Shown: in pieces, positions 1 through 9,996 of the stretch
Position numbering within the stretch: the first letter of the stretch is position 1
How the letters are laid out: each line of letters starts with the position of its first letter
DNA from: a virus
Lineage: Duplodnaviria; Heunggongvirae; Uroviricota; Caudoviricetes
Strand: one strand, 5' to 3'
Length of the DNA stretch: 64,000 nt
IMG/VR virus record: IMGVR_UViG_3300043425_000840
Program-made: the position numbers and the translations under genes
Notes under the pieces: model-generated
Databases searched by the model: none
What the model was told of the DNA's origin: nothing
Seen by the model: only the letters and a program-made list of their open reading frames with translations

Positions 1-26
1 TACAAACCGGAACCACATTAAATGCT

Positions 27-431
27 ATGGTATCAGCCGAGGTTGATACAATTTACATTAGAATAACATTATCTGACGGTAGAACTTGGACTGATGCACC
101 TTCAGCAACATATTATATTGAAGAATCAGGTTCAACAGCAACAAGATTTGAGAGAGTTAATAAAATGTACGTTGGTGACAAATTAGTAATCACTGACACT
201 AACACTAATCTATTAACAACTGTAGAGATTACAGGATTGGAAATGGAACACGCACAAAAAACCATTTATAGTTTGGACTTTGAATCTTCAGATTTATTCT
301 TAGTTGATATTGGTGATGGTGATTTTAGTGTGATGCACAATACTTGTTGGTGTCCTTGGAACTATTGTGGACACTGGTGTAATAGCTGGTACTGTCCTGG
401 TTGTTCAAATGTACCCGTACCGAAAATATAA
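27..431 (+). CDS. hypothetical protein (Cys/Trp-rich C-terminus); may be truncated at the window start
   Basis: ORF track; upstream neighbour of the modification operon. No recognisable motif. Confidence 0.4.
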   Translation: MVSAEVDTIYIRITLSDGRTWTDAPSATYYIEESGSTATRFERVNKMYVGDKLVITDTNTNLLTTVEITGLEMEHAQKTIYSLDFESSDLFLVDIGDGDFSVMHNTCWCPWNYCGHWCNSWYCPGCSNVPVPKI

Positions 432-598
432 AATTAAAATATTATGGCACAAAAAGAAAGAATAGAAAGACCTGCACAAACAATTAAAGCAATTGTTGCA
501 CCCATTTCAAGTGAATTAAAAACAAAAGTAGCAACTGCGTTTCAAGCGGTTGTAACAGCTATTAAGGTTAAACACTTGGGGGAATAAGATAATGTTTT

Positions 599-1420
599 AT
601 GAAGTTATTCACATATGGAGATAGTTGGACTGAGGGTGTTGGGGGTAATGTTGATGAGGAATTAACAACAGAAATTCCTGAGGAAAGAACTAACATAAGA
701 CAAAAATATTGTTGGCCAAAACACTTATCAGAACTACTTGAATGTGAAGTTAAAAATAACGGAGTTGGGGCTTTTTCGAACAACTCAATATTCAATACAG
801 TTTGTTATCAATTAAAAAATGAAATCATCACTCAAGATGATTTTGTTGTTATTATGTGGTCCTCATCATTAAGAGACCAACTACCATTTTTTCCAAACGA
901 GAATAGTTTTCATATTTGGGGTCAACGATATAAGAGTAAACAACATCTTTTCAAATATATTTTCGACGGTGTTAGTGGGGATAATGTAAACTATAATAGG
1001 GCGGAAAAGAATTTTAGAGATTACTACATTAGTAATTTGTTTAATGACACGTACTATGACATAGTTAACCAAAACTACATTCTACACTTACAATTTATGT
1101 TTAAGGAGTTGGGGATTAGATATGTTTTTTGCGATGCGTTTGATACTATGATTAACAAAAACATCGATGTTCTGGTTGATAAAACTCATTTGATTGAGGG
1201 TGAAAGATATTGGGGTTATAGAGATAAAACAATGGCTAATTTGTTAATCGACACAAATAGAAAAGATGTTTGGGAGGATAATAATCGATGGGTGGACACA
1301 ACCGCAGGTAAACACCCAAGTAACAACGGATATAAATTAATTGCTGAGGAATTGTATAAATTCATAAATGAAGATAATTTACTAATCCATAATAAAAAGA
1401 AAAATTCATATCTACTATGA
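599..1420 (+). CDS. SGNH/GDSL-like hydrolase, paralogue 1 (Ser nucleophile)
   Basis: N-terminal block I 'FTYGDSWTEG'. 'GVGAFSNNSIF' is Gly/Asn block-like. C-terminal 'GKHPSNNGY' is block V-like. Stop overlaps the next start (ATGA). Confidence 0.55.
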   Translation: MKLFTYGDSWTEGVGGNVDEELTTEIPEERTNIRQKYCWPKHLSELLECEVKNNGVGAFSNNSIFNTVCYQLKNEIITQDDFVVIMWSSSLRDQLPFFPNENSFHIWGQRYKSKQHLFKYIFDGVSGDNVNYNRAEKNFRDYYISNLFNDTYYDIVNQNYILHLQFMFKELGIRYVFCDAFDTMINKNIDVLVDKTHLIEGERYWGYRDKTMANLLIDTNRKDVWEDNNRWVDTTAGKHPSNNGYKLIAEELYKFINEDNLLIHNKKKNSYLL

Positions 1421-1983
1421 ATTATAACATAAACAATAATTTTTGTGATAGAGGAACCGCTAAAGATATAATTGATTTTTGTCTTGAGTTCGGTGAACCC
1501 TTTTCATATAAACCAACCGAAGTATGGGATTGTAGAAGAATGTACGATTCCAATTTTAAGGAAAGAATTATTAATTTATTAACAAGTAACTACAAAAACG
1601 GAGATTTTAAATTATGGTTTGATTATTCGACATTTAATTTAAAAAATTTCAACATTAGTTTAACATCATACTATGATGGTAGGTATCTTAATCTACATAA
1701 AGATAAGTCAAGTGAATTAACTACAGTTATTGTTCTTTCTGACGATTTTGAAGGGGGTCAATTTGCGTTAACCCAAGACGAGAACCCACCATATAACTTC
1801 GAAACTTTGGGTGGGTTGACTTTATGTGATTTAAAATTGGGTGATAGTATTTCATTCAATGGTTCTGAAACATATCACGGAGTTCTGCCGGTAACTAAGG
1901 GAATAAGATATGCGTTGAATGTTTGGATGACCGAAACAGATTTTGATTATCCGAGAGTTAAAAGTAATAAAACATTGTTATGA
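1417..1983 (+). CDS. 2OG-Fe(II) oxygenase, prolyl-4-hydroxylase (P4H)-like
   Basis: H-x-D in 'LHKDKS', distal His in 'TYHGVLPV', 'GIRYALNVWM' resembling the P4H 'G.RY.L..W' C-terminal motif. Confidence 0.6.
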   Translation: MNYNINNNFCDRGTAKDIIDFCLEFGEPFSYKPTEVWDCRRMYDSNFKERIINLLTSNYKNGDFKLWFDYSTFNLKNFNISLTSYYDGRYLNLHKDKSSELTTVIVLSDDFEGGQFALTQDENPPYNFETLGGLTLCDLKLGDSISFNGSETYHGVLPVTKGIRYALNVWMTETDFDYPRVKSNKTLL

Positions 1984-2477
1984 GTGTACTAATAATCTCC
2001 CTACCAAGAACGGGTTCTACTTCATTGTTACACAAGATAGCGAAAGAGAAGAATTTAAAACCTTTATTTGAACCGTTTGATGGTACTGGTAGAGTTGAGT
2101 ATAATGGTGAAAAGAATGTTGTGGTTAAAACAATAATATGTCATCACAACGATAATATACAACTATCAAAAAACTTTGATGAGGTGATATTGTTAACGAG
2201 AAGAAACGTTAAAGAGTGTGCTGAGTCACACGCCTATCAAACATACTTTTCAAAGATTAAAAATTATGACTCAAACAAACCTTACGTTTATGAAGAGACA
2301 CCTACAGATATTTTTGAACTGTGCCATAACGACATTATGAAATGGAATGAGGAGTTAAATGAATTATCAACTAAACTCAACGTGTCAATAACATACTATG
2401 AGGATATTTTTGATTCGAATAGTGAAGACAGATTAAGAAAAGGTGATAGAGATAAAACAATTAAGAAACTAATTTAA
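1980..2477 (+). CDS. sulfotransferase-like protein (PAPS 5'-PSB-like loop), family member 1
   Basis: 'ISLPRTGSTSL' resembles the 5'-PSB motif (PKxGTT/PRTGST) of sulfotransferases. 'LTRRNVKECAES' resembles the 3'-PB R-x7-S motif. At 165 aa it is short for the fold. Confidence 0.45.
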   Translation: MSVLIISLPRTGSTSLLHKIAKEKNLKPLFEPFDGTGRVEYNGEKNVVVKTIICHHNDNIQLSKNFDEVILLTRRNVKECAESHAYQTYFSKIKNYDSNKPYVYEETPTDIFELCHNDIMKWNEELNELSTKLNVSITYYEDIFDSNSEDRLRKGDRDKTIKKLI

Positions 2478-2480
2478 TAT

Positions 2481-3725
2481 ATGAAAATATTTGTTCATCA
2501 TTATTATACCGATATGTTATTTCAAAAGTTCTTTCATAATGTTAAGAACAAAGAGATGGTTGAAGTGGATAACACAAATGGTGCGATTAGGGATATTACA
2601 TTTGAATACAGAGGAAAGAACTTTGAGGTATCCTTCAATCCTGAAATAAATGATGATGAAGGGATTCATATAATCGATTTCTTTGGTGCACTTAGACAAA
2701 GAGGTCAAGATACAAATTTTGATGGTACCGAACATAGAGGTTCGGATTCTTTTGCGATAATTGAAAGAATGGCAGACCTTATTGAAGATAAAAAGAATTG
2801 GGTAGTATCTTTATTTAGAACTGAAAAAATATTCATCAAGAATGATAATGCAAAAGTAAAGACGGACGGAACAATACAAATTGAGGAAATTGAGAATCAA
2901 ATTCTTAGACTATCAAATCATTTTATATTGACCGATAATGTTTTTACTAATAAGATTGTACTAAGTAAACACCCAAATTTATACAACCCGTTCACTAACA
3001 TCATATTTCAATGGAATGAAATGATTAGTATTAGATGGTTTTATGATTATAAGAATATTAGTGATGCAATCATACCAAAATATAAAATGGGTTATTCAGT
3101 AAGAGCCCACAAACCACTTAGAGTTAAAATTGCTGAGGAATTAACACAAATTGAAGACATCTTTGTTTCTCAAACAAATGTAATTGAAAAGGACTCCGTA
3201 CAGCCAAAGTATAGAAAAATTGAAGGAGCTTACTTAAATGACTACGATTCTGAGATTGATTTTCAGAACTTAAGGATATTAACAAACATAACAGTAGGTC
3301 TTGACTATTTCTTGAGGATTTTACCAATGTCTAAAATTCAAATATGTGATGAGTCTTGGGCACATAATTCCGCTGATTATCACAGTCAATACTTAAGTGA
3401 AAAGTCGTTAGGTTTAATTTTAGCGAACGTTCCTTTCGTTTCTACCCATTCATACCCATACGATTGTATTATGGATTTGGTTGGGATTAGAAAACATCCT
3501 TTTTATGATGAGTCCAAACAATACCAAGGAAACGCAAAACTATTTGCTGATTTTATAAGAACGTTCATTAGTGATTTTGATAACAATTATCAACTATGTA
3601 AGGATTGGATTAAAGAATGTCACGATATTTTCATTAATAGATTACATAAAGAAAATTCAATGTTAGATATGATGGTCAATGGCACAATATCTAACGAACC
3701 CATACCAAAACGACCATTATTATAG
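2481..3725 (+). CDS. hypothetical protein (414 aa)
   Basis: Long ORF in an operon with modification enzymes; no recognisable motif. Confidence 0.5.
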   Translation: MKIFVHHYYTDMLFQKFFHNVKNKEMVEVDNTNGAIRDITFEYRGKNFEVSFNPEINDDEGIHIIDFFGALRQRGQDTNFDGTEHRGSDSFAIIERMADLIEDKKNWVVSLFRTEKIFIKNDNAKVKTDGTIQIEEIENQILRLSNHFILTDNVFTNKIVLSKHPNLYNPFTNIIFQWNEMISIRWFYDYKNISDAIIPKYKMGYSVRAHKPLRVKIAEELTQIEDIFVSQTNVIEKDSVQPKYRKIEGAYLNDYDSEIDFQNLRILTNITVGLDYFLRILPMSKIQICDESWAHNSADYHSQYLSEKSLGLILANVPFVSTHSYPYDCIMDLVGIRKHPFYDESKQYQGNAKLFADFIRTFISDFDNNYQLCKDWIKECHDIFINRLHKENSMLDMMVNGTISNEPIPKRPLL

Positions 3726-4423
3726 TGAGAATAGTATTCACATATCTACCAACCAGACTTAAAGAGATTACTGAAGTTTACTTAAAGTACTCAATTAAAA
3801 GTTTGAATATACAAGGTGAAGTTCCTATAATATATTCCGATATTGATTATTTTAAAAATTTAGACTTAATATATGATTGGGTTGAGTTATCCTTACCCGA
3901 TAGATACCGAAAACCAACAATATGGTCATATCCTAAGTTAAAAGTTCTATCCGAAATTCAATTCCCCTTTATACATTTGGATAATGATTTAGTAGTTGAG
4001 GATATTAAAAAATTATTAGATATCATTAAAAAGGATAAACTAAATTTATGTTACAAACATCCTTTATCGAGTTCACAAATTGAACATTTTACCGAACTAC
4101 ATAAACTATATTCAAATACCTCGTTAGATTATACGGAATTGAATAACACCTCAATAATCGCGTCTTGCAACTTTAGAAATGTGAATAAAGCATATTCCGA
4201 AGTTTTAGATGTTATTGAGTCAAATTACGATTTTTTTAACAAACGTTACCACGGGATACCACCAATAACTTTAAACCAACAATATTTAAATTTATACTTT
4301 GATGATATAAATTACCTATATAAACATAACCCATCGTTTGATGAATTATCAATGAACGGGGTTTGTCACATTGCGGATAAAAATAAAGTTAGTTATTTCA
4401 TTAGAAACAAGAATTTAATATGA
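3725..4423 (+). CDS. hypothetical protein (232 aa)
   Basis: ORF with overlapping start/stop in the operon; no motif recognised. Confidence 0.5.
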   Translation: MRIVFTYLPTRLKEITEVYLKYSIKSLNIQGEVPIIYSDIDYFKNLDLIYDWVELSLPDRYRKPTIWSYPKLKVLSEIQFPFIHLDNDLVVEDIKKLLDIIKKDKLNLCYKHPLSSSQIEHFTELHKLYSNTSLDYTELNNTSIIASCNFRNVNKAYSEVLDVIESNYDFFNKRYHGIPPITLNQQYLNLYFDDINYLYKHNPSFDELSMNGVCHIADKNKVSYFIRNKNLI

Positions 4424-5193
4424 AATCAATGAAGTTTTGGACAAGTTCGGGGTTTGAGGTGGGTAACCATTCTTGGAGATTAGATGAACGTAGAAATAAA
4501 ACATTCAACACATCAGGTTCCGATATTTCCGAAACTAATACCTACACATACAATGAAATGGGGTTCAGGGGGGATTCATTATATAAGGATGGGTTTAGAA
4601 TAATGTCAGTTGGTTGTTCCCATACCGAAGGTGTCGGGGTTAGTGATAACCAAACTTGGCCTCATTATTTCTCAAGACAGATACAGAACGGGGTAGATTT
4701 AAATTTGGGGTTTGGTGGACGTAGTAACGATTACATTGCTAGATGTGTAATCACCCTAACTCAAAAGATAAGACCTAATTTGGTTAACTTAATGTATACC
4801 TATCCATCCCGTAAAGAATACTATCGATACAATGGAGAGTTGGAACCATTTCATATGACTCCTTGGGGTTATTTTAAGGAAGATAATGAAGGGAAGGAGG
4901 AGTATAAATCAATTGCGAGAATTACTCACGATGAGAATGATTTAATCAATTGGTATAAAAATCACCTCCTAATTACAAATTATTTGGAGAATAGGAATAT
5001 CCCATATATATGGAACGGTTCTTTCTTAATGGATAACGAATATTCTGACAAATACCGGTTTGACGGTGACTACGGAGATTTTCGTGAATTCTCTATCGAT
5101 GGTAAACACGCAACCCCAAAACACAACGAAGAATACTCCAAAAAACTACTTCAGTTTGTAAAATCCAATTTTCCCGATTATTTACCTAAATAA
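4420..5193 (+). CDS. SGNH-like hydrolase paralogue (Cys in nucleophile position)
   Basis: 'MSVGCSHTEGVG' (G-C-S-H-T in place of GDSxT), 'GFGGRSNDYIA', C-terminal 'IDGKHATP' (D-x-x-H). Confidence 0.5.
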   Translation: MKSMKFWTSSGFEVGNHSWRLDERRNKTFNTSGSDISETNTYTYNEMGFRGDSLYKDGFRIMSVGCSHTEGVGVSDNQTWPHYFSRQIQNGVDLNLGFGGRSNDYIARCVITLTQKIRPNLVNLMYTYPSRKEYYRYNGELEPFHMTPWGYFKEDNEGKEEYKSIARITHDENDLINWYKNHLLITNYLENRNIPYIWNGSFLMDNEYSDKYRFDGDYGDFREFSIDGKHATPKHNEEYSKKLLQFVKSNFPDYLPK

Positions 5194-5247
5194 ACGGAAG
5201 TCATAACCGACAAACAAAGTATTTATCTAAGTATAATAACATATTAG

Positions 5248-8200
5248 ATGAATATATTTGACGCACACATATCGGGTTCCCTGTCGGTATCCTCTTCAGC
5301 GGAAATACAGGGAGACTTAACGGTACTTGGAATAATTAATGCAACCATTAGTGGTAACACCACAAGTGCGGATACCGCATCGTTTGCACCAAAATATACC
5401 CTAACCTCAAGTTTTAATACTTTTACCAGTAGCACTAATTTAATGTTTGCAGGATTAAATCCCGTATTAAGCTCCATTCAAACATCAACCAGCTCGTTAA
5501 ACACATTCACATCAAGTGCAAACGGTAGATTAACTTCAATTGAGGGTGTTACTGGTTCTATATCCTCATTAAACACATATACAGGAAGTAACGATACTAT
5601 AATTGGTACATTACAAACATCAACCTCAAGTTTAAACACATTCACATCAAGTGCTGATGGTAGATTAACCGCGTTGGAAACGTCAACCGGTTCAATAAAC
5701 ACTTATACATCATCTAATACAACTAACATTAATGCCATTCATACCGCAACTGCGAGTTTGAATACATACACCGGAAGTAACGATACTATAATTGGTACAT
5801 TACAAACATCAACAGGGAGTTTGAACACTTATACAAGTTCAAACACAACTAATATTAATGCTATTCACACTGCAACCGCAAGTTTGAATTCATTTTCTTC
5901 AAGTGCGGACGGTAGATTAACATCTATTGAGGGGGTAACGGGTTCAATTGCGGCGTTGAATACTTACACAGGCTCAAACAATACCGCAATCAATTCATTA
6001 AATTCTTATACAAGTAGTAACACTACAAATATTAATGCAATTCATACTGCAACAAGTAGTTTAAATTCATATACAAGTTCTAACACAACAAACATAGATG
6101 CAATTCACACCGCAACGAGTAGTTTGAATAGTTTCACAAGCAGTGCTTCAGGTAGATTAACCGCATTAGAAACTGCATCAAGTAGTTTAAATTCTTATAC
6201 GAGTAGTAACACAACAGCAATTACCGCCTTGAACACATCTACAAGTTCGTTGAACTCATTCACAACATCATTTAACACTGCATTTGGTTTAAGTGGTGCA
6301 AACGTTACCGTTAAAGGTAATTTAACCGTACAAGGTTCCACAACTCAAGTCGATTCAACAACTGTTAATATTGGAGATAACATTATCCAATTAAATGGTA
6401 CGGGAGCAACTAATGCGGGTATTGTTGTAAGAGACGCTACATCACCAACATTCACTTCAGGTTCATTCCTTTGGGACTCAACAAACGATAAATGGGTTGC
6501 GGGTCCATTAGGTTCTGAAGACGAAGTTGTATTAAAGACAGCATCACAAGCATTAACAAACAAAACAATTAGTGGAGGTTCTAACACATTAACAAATATC
6601 GGTAACGCTTCACTTACAAATAGTTCAATCACAATTGCGGGTACGAGTACATCATTAGGTGGTTCAATAACTGCAGCAACAATATTAACATCAACAGGTG
6701 TTTGGTCAGGTTCGGCTCAGTTACCTGCAGGAGTTGTAAGTGGTTCCGCTCAGGTAATTGCTAGTTTACCCGCAGGTACGGTGTCAGGGTCTTCTCAAGT
6801 ACTTGCGGGAACAACAATACATTCAGGTGCATTCTTTAATGGTATAAGTGTTGTTTCAGGTTCTGCACAAATTTCTTTTAACGGAATTACCGATAAACCT
6901 ACGTTAGTTTCAGGTTCTTCCCAAGTATTAAATGGAAGTGGAGTTTGGTCAGGTTCCGCTCAATTACCTTCGGGTGTTGTGTCAGGTAGTTCACAAGTAT
7001 CTTACACAGGACTATCAAATATACCATCCGGTATTGTATCAGGTTCTTCACAGATTACTTTCTTAAGTATTAGTAGTATACCGAGTGGTTTAGTATCAGG
7101 GTCTTCCCAAGTATTAGCAGGTACCGGTATTTGGTCGGGTTCCGCTCAATTACCATCAGGTGTGGTATCGGGTAGTTCACAAGTACTTGCGGGAACAACA
7201 ATACACTCAGGAGCATTCTTTAACGGAATTTCTGTAGTATCGGGTTCAGGTCAAATATCATTTAACGGAATAACTGATAAACCGACTTTAGTTTCGGGTT
7301 CTTCTCAAATAACGTACGGTTCATTAAGTGGAATACCTTCAGGTATCGTATCAGGCTCATCACAAATATCATTTGGCAGTATTAGTGGAGTACCGTCGGG
7401 ACTTATCTCAGGTTCATCACAAGTAACATATGGTTCATTAAGTGGAATACCTTCAGGTATTGTGTCCGGTTCTTCTCAAATATCATTTGGTTCAATATCA
7501 GGAGTTCCGTCAGGTTTGGTATCAGGTTCGGCACAATTAACATCAACTTTTGTACAGAAAGTAGGAGACACAATGACAGGTGACCTTAGATTTAACAATA
7601 GTGGATATGGTAGAATAGCATTTACTGACAATTATCACGGAATGATTCTTAGAGGTAGTCCAAATAATGCAACAGGAGATATCACCGCCGGTGATGTGAC
7701 ATCCTTAGTCCAACATAGTGGAGACTTTAGATTTTATAGAACAAACGGTACTATAAATGAAATTTATTTCCAAGTAAATGCAACAGCTCCTTATTGGAGA
7801 GGGAATACTATATATCACGCGGGTAATATACCTACGTGGAATCAAAATACCACAGGAACTGCGAGTAACATTACATCATACACAATTAACCAAAACTTAG
7901 GTACAGGTAACTCACCATCATTCTCAAGTGTTTCGGCGACATCAATGGCGGCAACTTCTACCGCAGATGCTACTGGGTTATCACTTAGAAGTACCTCAGA
8001 AGTTTTAAGTGGTGAAGGGTGGTGTACCGCATTATATTGTTATAATAACAATGATGGTTTCTTAGTTGTAGGTAGAGATGCTAGTGCAAATGCACGACCT
8101 GTTTTTCACGTGGGTGGTTTTAACAACGCAGGCTATGGGGGATGGAGTGATGGAGATTCGATGATTACTTTAGTTAGAATGGATGGAACTAAATCTACAG

Positions 8201-8637
8201 GGAGTACATATGCTTATAAAGGTTTATCAAGTTCATCGTATTATTCCAACATTGTAAAAACAACATCAAGAACAGAGTTTAAAGATTCACAAGGGGCACA
8301 TTATTTCAATGGTACATTAACAACTGGTGGTAATATGACAGTTGGTGGTACGTTAACAGAAAACTCATCAATCCGATATAAGAAAGATATTGAAACGATT
8401 AGTTATGGTTTGGATAAAGTTTTACAATTAAGGGGTGTTACCTACGTTAAAAAAGAGAATAACGTTAAAGAAATGGGTGTTATTGCTGAAGAAATTGCCG
8501 AAATTTTACCTGATGTGGTACTTTACGATTCAGAAGGTAAAGTAGATTCCGTATCTTATGGTAGAATTACTGCGGTATTAATCGAGGCGATAAAAGATTT
8601 GAAAAAAGAAATAAACGAATTAAAGAATAATGGCTAA
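5248..8637 (+). CDS. tail fiber protein with C-terminal intramolecular chaperone (peptidase S74) domain
   Basis: 1129 aa. Ser/Thr-rich ~21-aa tandem repeats (SLNTYTSSNTTNINAIHTATAS...) and a second '(L/I)PSGVVSGSSQV' repeat block. The C-terminus 'IRYKKDIETISYGLDKVLQLRGVTYVKK...GVIAEEIAEILPDVV...ITAVLIEAIKDLKKEINELK' matches the auto-cleaving chaperone domain of tail fibers and endosialidases. Confidence 0.8.
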   Translation: MNIFDAHISGSLSVSSSAEIQGDLTVLGIINATISGNTTSADTASFAPKYTLTSSFNTFTSSTNLMFAGLNPVLSSIQTSTSSLNTFTSSANGRLTSIEGVTGSISSLNTYTGSNDTIIGTLQTSTSSLNTFTSSADGRLTALETSTGSINTYTSSNTTNINAIHTATASLNTYTGSNDTIIGTLQTSTGSLNTYTSSNTTNINAIHTATASLNSFSSSADGRLTSIEGVTGSIAALNTYTGSNNTAINSLNSYTSSNTTNINAIHTATSSLNSYTSSNTTNIDAIHTATSSLNSFTSSASGRLTALETASSSLNSYTSSNTTAITALNTSTSSLNSFTTSFNTAFGLSGANVTVKGNLTVQGSTTQVDSTTVNIGDNIIQLNGTGATNAGIVVRDATSPTFTSGSFLWDSTNDKWVAGPLGSEDEVVLKTASQALTNKTISGGSNTLTNIGNASLTNSSITIAGTSTSLGGSITAATILTSTGVWSGSAQLPAGVVSGSAQVIASLPAGTVSGSSQVLAGTTIHSGAFFNGISVVSGSAQISFNGITDKPTLVSGSSQVLNGSGVWSGSAQLPSGVVSGSSQVSYTGLSNIPSGIVSGSSQITFLSISSIPSGLVSGSSQVLAGTGIWSGSAQLPSGVVSGSSQVLAGTTIHSGAFFNGISVVSGSGQISFNGITDKPTLVSGSSQITYGSLSGIPSGIVSGSSQISFGSISGVPSGLISGSSQVTYGSLSGIPSGIVSGSSQISFGSISGVPSGLVSGSAQLTSTFVQKVGDTMTGDLRFNNSGYGRIAFTDNYHGMILRGSPNNATGDITAGDVTSLVQHSGDFRFYRTNGTINEIYFQVNATAPYWRGNTIYHAGNIPTWNQNTTGTASNITSYTINQNLGTGNSPSFSSVSATSMAATSTADATGLSLRSTSEVLSGEGWCTALYCYNNNDGFLVVGRDASANARPVFHVGGFNNAGYGGWSDGDSMITLVRMDGTKSTGSTYAYKGLSSSSYYSNIVKTTSRTEFKDSQGAHYFNGTLTTGGNMTVGGTLTENSSIRYKKDIETISYGLDKVLQLRGVTYVKKENNVKEMGVIAEEIAEILPDVVLYDSEGKVDSVSYGRITAVLIEAIKDLKKEINELKNNG

Positions 8638-9058
8638 TTTTTTAGCAAATACGAGACCAGCACCTGGCGTTCAGTTGGGATTTTTTAGAGATAGGTATTA
8701 TGGTGGAAACAATTATTTTCACTATAAAACAAATATCAATATGGCTAACATTATGTGTACCATTGAGGCTGTAGGTTATGCGTATGGTGCGAATCAAGCC
8801 ATCAGAGCCGCTTGGAGTTTTTACGCTTACGCCGCCAGTAACTCAACAATCAGTATTGGAACATCTAATGCTTATGGTGGTCTAAGTGCTCACGGAGTTT
8901 ACACATCATCAGATGGATATGTGGTTATAAGAGCTAACTGTGCATCGTATTATAGTGGGTGGATTCTTAATGCGTATTGTTTAAATCCAACAGGATATAA
9001 TTTTGAAGTTAGTATACTTGCTAGCGTTCAAACAGATAATGCGGGAAATTACTATTAA
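8630..9058 (+). CDS. tail-fiber-adjacent small protein, paralogue A (142 aa)
   Basis: Shares 'IEAVGY.YG...IR.AW.FY.Y', 'AHGVY..SDGY.VI.A' and a C-terminal 'NYY' with the next two ORFs. Confidence 0.55.
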   Translation: MANFLANTRPAPGVQLGFFRDRYYGGNNYFHYKTNINMANIMCTIEAVGYAYGANQAIRAAWSFYAYAASNSTISIGTSNAYGGLSAHGVYTSSDGYVVIRANCASYYSGWILNAYCLNPTGYNFEVSILASVQTDNAGNYY

Positions 9059-9495
9059 TGGCAAATTTACAAGGAACGGGGATATATCCTGAAGGAGGTT
9101 ATTTACAACAACTTGGTATATATAATGTTGCCAACTTATCATCTGGTGGTGGTCAATATTATCATATGAAATTGAATATTACCCATCAATCATACCAAAT
9201 GATAATGATTGAGGCTGTTGGATATAATTATGGAACATCCGCACCAATTAGATGTGCTTGGAATTTTTATACCTACACAAATTTTTTTGGTAACGTTCAA
9301 ACTACCGCATATGATGGGATGACAGCACATAGTCACTACGTTGCTGGTGACAATAAAATTGTTATTGTAGGGTATGCTAGTAGTTTATATTATTGTGGGT
9401 TTACGTTAAATGCGTACAATACCGCAGGAAATGGTTATGGAACCATAACATCCGTAGTATCTGCGGTTCAAACATCAGCAGCAACGTATTATTAA
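9058..9495 (+). CDS. tail-fiber-adjacent small protein, paralogue B (145 aa)
   Basis: 'IEAVGYNYGTSAPIRCAWNFYTY', '...GFTLNAYNT...', ends 'TYY'; tandem with A and C. Confidence 0.55.
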   Translation: MANLQGTGIYPEGGYLQQLGIYNVANLSSGGGQYYHMKLNITHQSYQMIMIEAVGYNYGTSAPIRCAWNFYTYTNFFGNVQTTAYDGMTAHSHYVAGDNKIVIVGYASSLYYCGFTLNAYNTAGNGYGTITSVVSAVQTSAATYY

Positions 9496-9498
9496 ACT

Positions 9499-9984
9499 AT
9501 GGCAATATTAACACCACCATTTAGAATAGGTTCAGTAAGTAGTTGGTACTTTCAACAAAAGCACATCTATAATTATAATACCACCGCAGGTAGTCCATTG
9601 TATATTCATATGAAGACTAGCTTAATTGGTGCAACTACGTATAATATGTGGATGTTTGAAGCGGTTGGATACAACTATGGTACCGCAGCACCTATTAGAT
9701 GTTCTTGGGGTTTTCACATAAGCACCGCAGGTATGCCATATACGAACGGATTTCTTTATAACATAGGTTTAAGAAACATATATCCAGGTATGTCCGCACA
9801 CGGAGTTTATATAGCATCTGATGGATATATCGTATTGAGAGCATATGCAAGTAGTAATTATTATAATGGATTTACATTAAACGCATACGCAACTAGAAGT
9901 GATGTGACACAATCAAACGTAAGTATAATTGCCTCAGTCCAAACAAGTGATGGAGGTAACTATTACGGAGGACCAGTACAATAA
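9499..9984 (+). CDS. tail-fiber-adjacent small protein, paralogue C (161 aa)
   Basis: 'FEAVGYNYGTAAPIRCSWGFHIS', 'AHGVYIASDGYIVLRAYASSNYYNGFTLNAY', '...GGNYY'. Confidence 0.55.
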   Translation: MAILTPPFRIGSVSSWYFQQKHIYNYNTTAGSPLYIHMKTSLIGATTYNMWMFEAVGYNYGTAAPIRCSWGFHISTAGMPYTNGFLYNIGLRNIYPGMSAHGVYIASDGYIVLRAYASSNYYNGFTLNAYATRSDVTQSNVSIIASVQTSDGGNYYGGPVQ

Positions 9985-9996
9985 AATTAAAAATAT

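Noticed and set aside
5244-6632. Minus-strand ORFs 5244-5477, 5478-5702 and 6345-6632 inside the tail fiber gene
   Set aside because: They are antisense to the repeat-rich fiber gene, and the repeats generate long open antisense frames. The same reasoning applies to most other sub-100-aa antisense ORFs in the track (e.g. 2517-2735, 33057-33341, 35289-35555, 41015-41239, 48290-48520).
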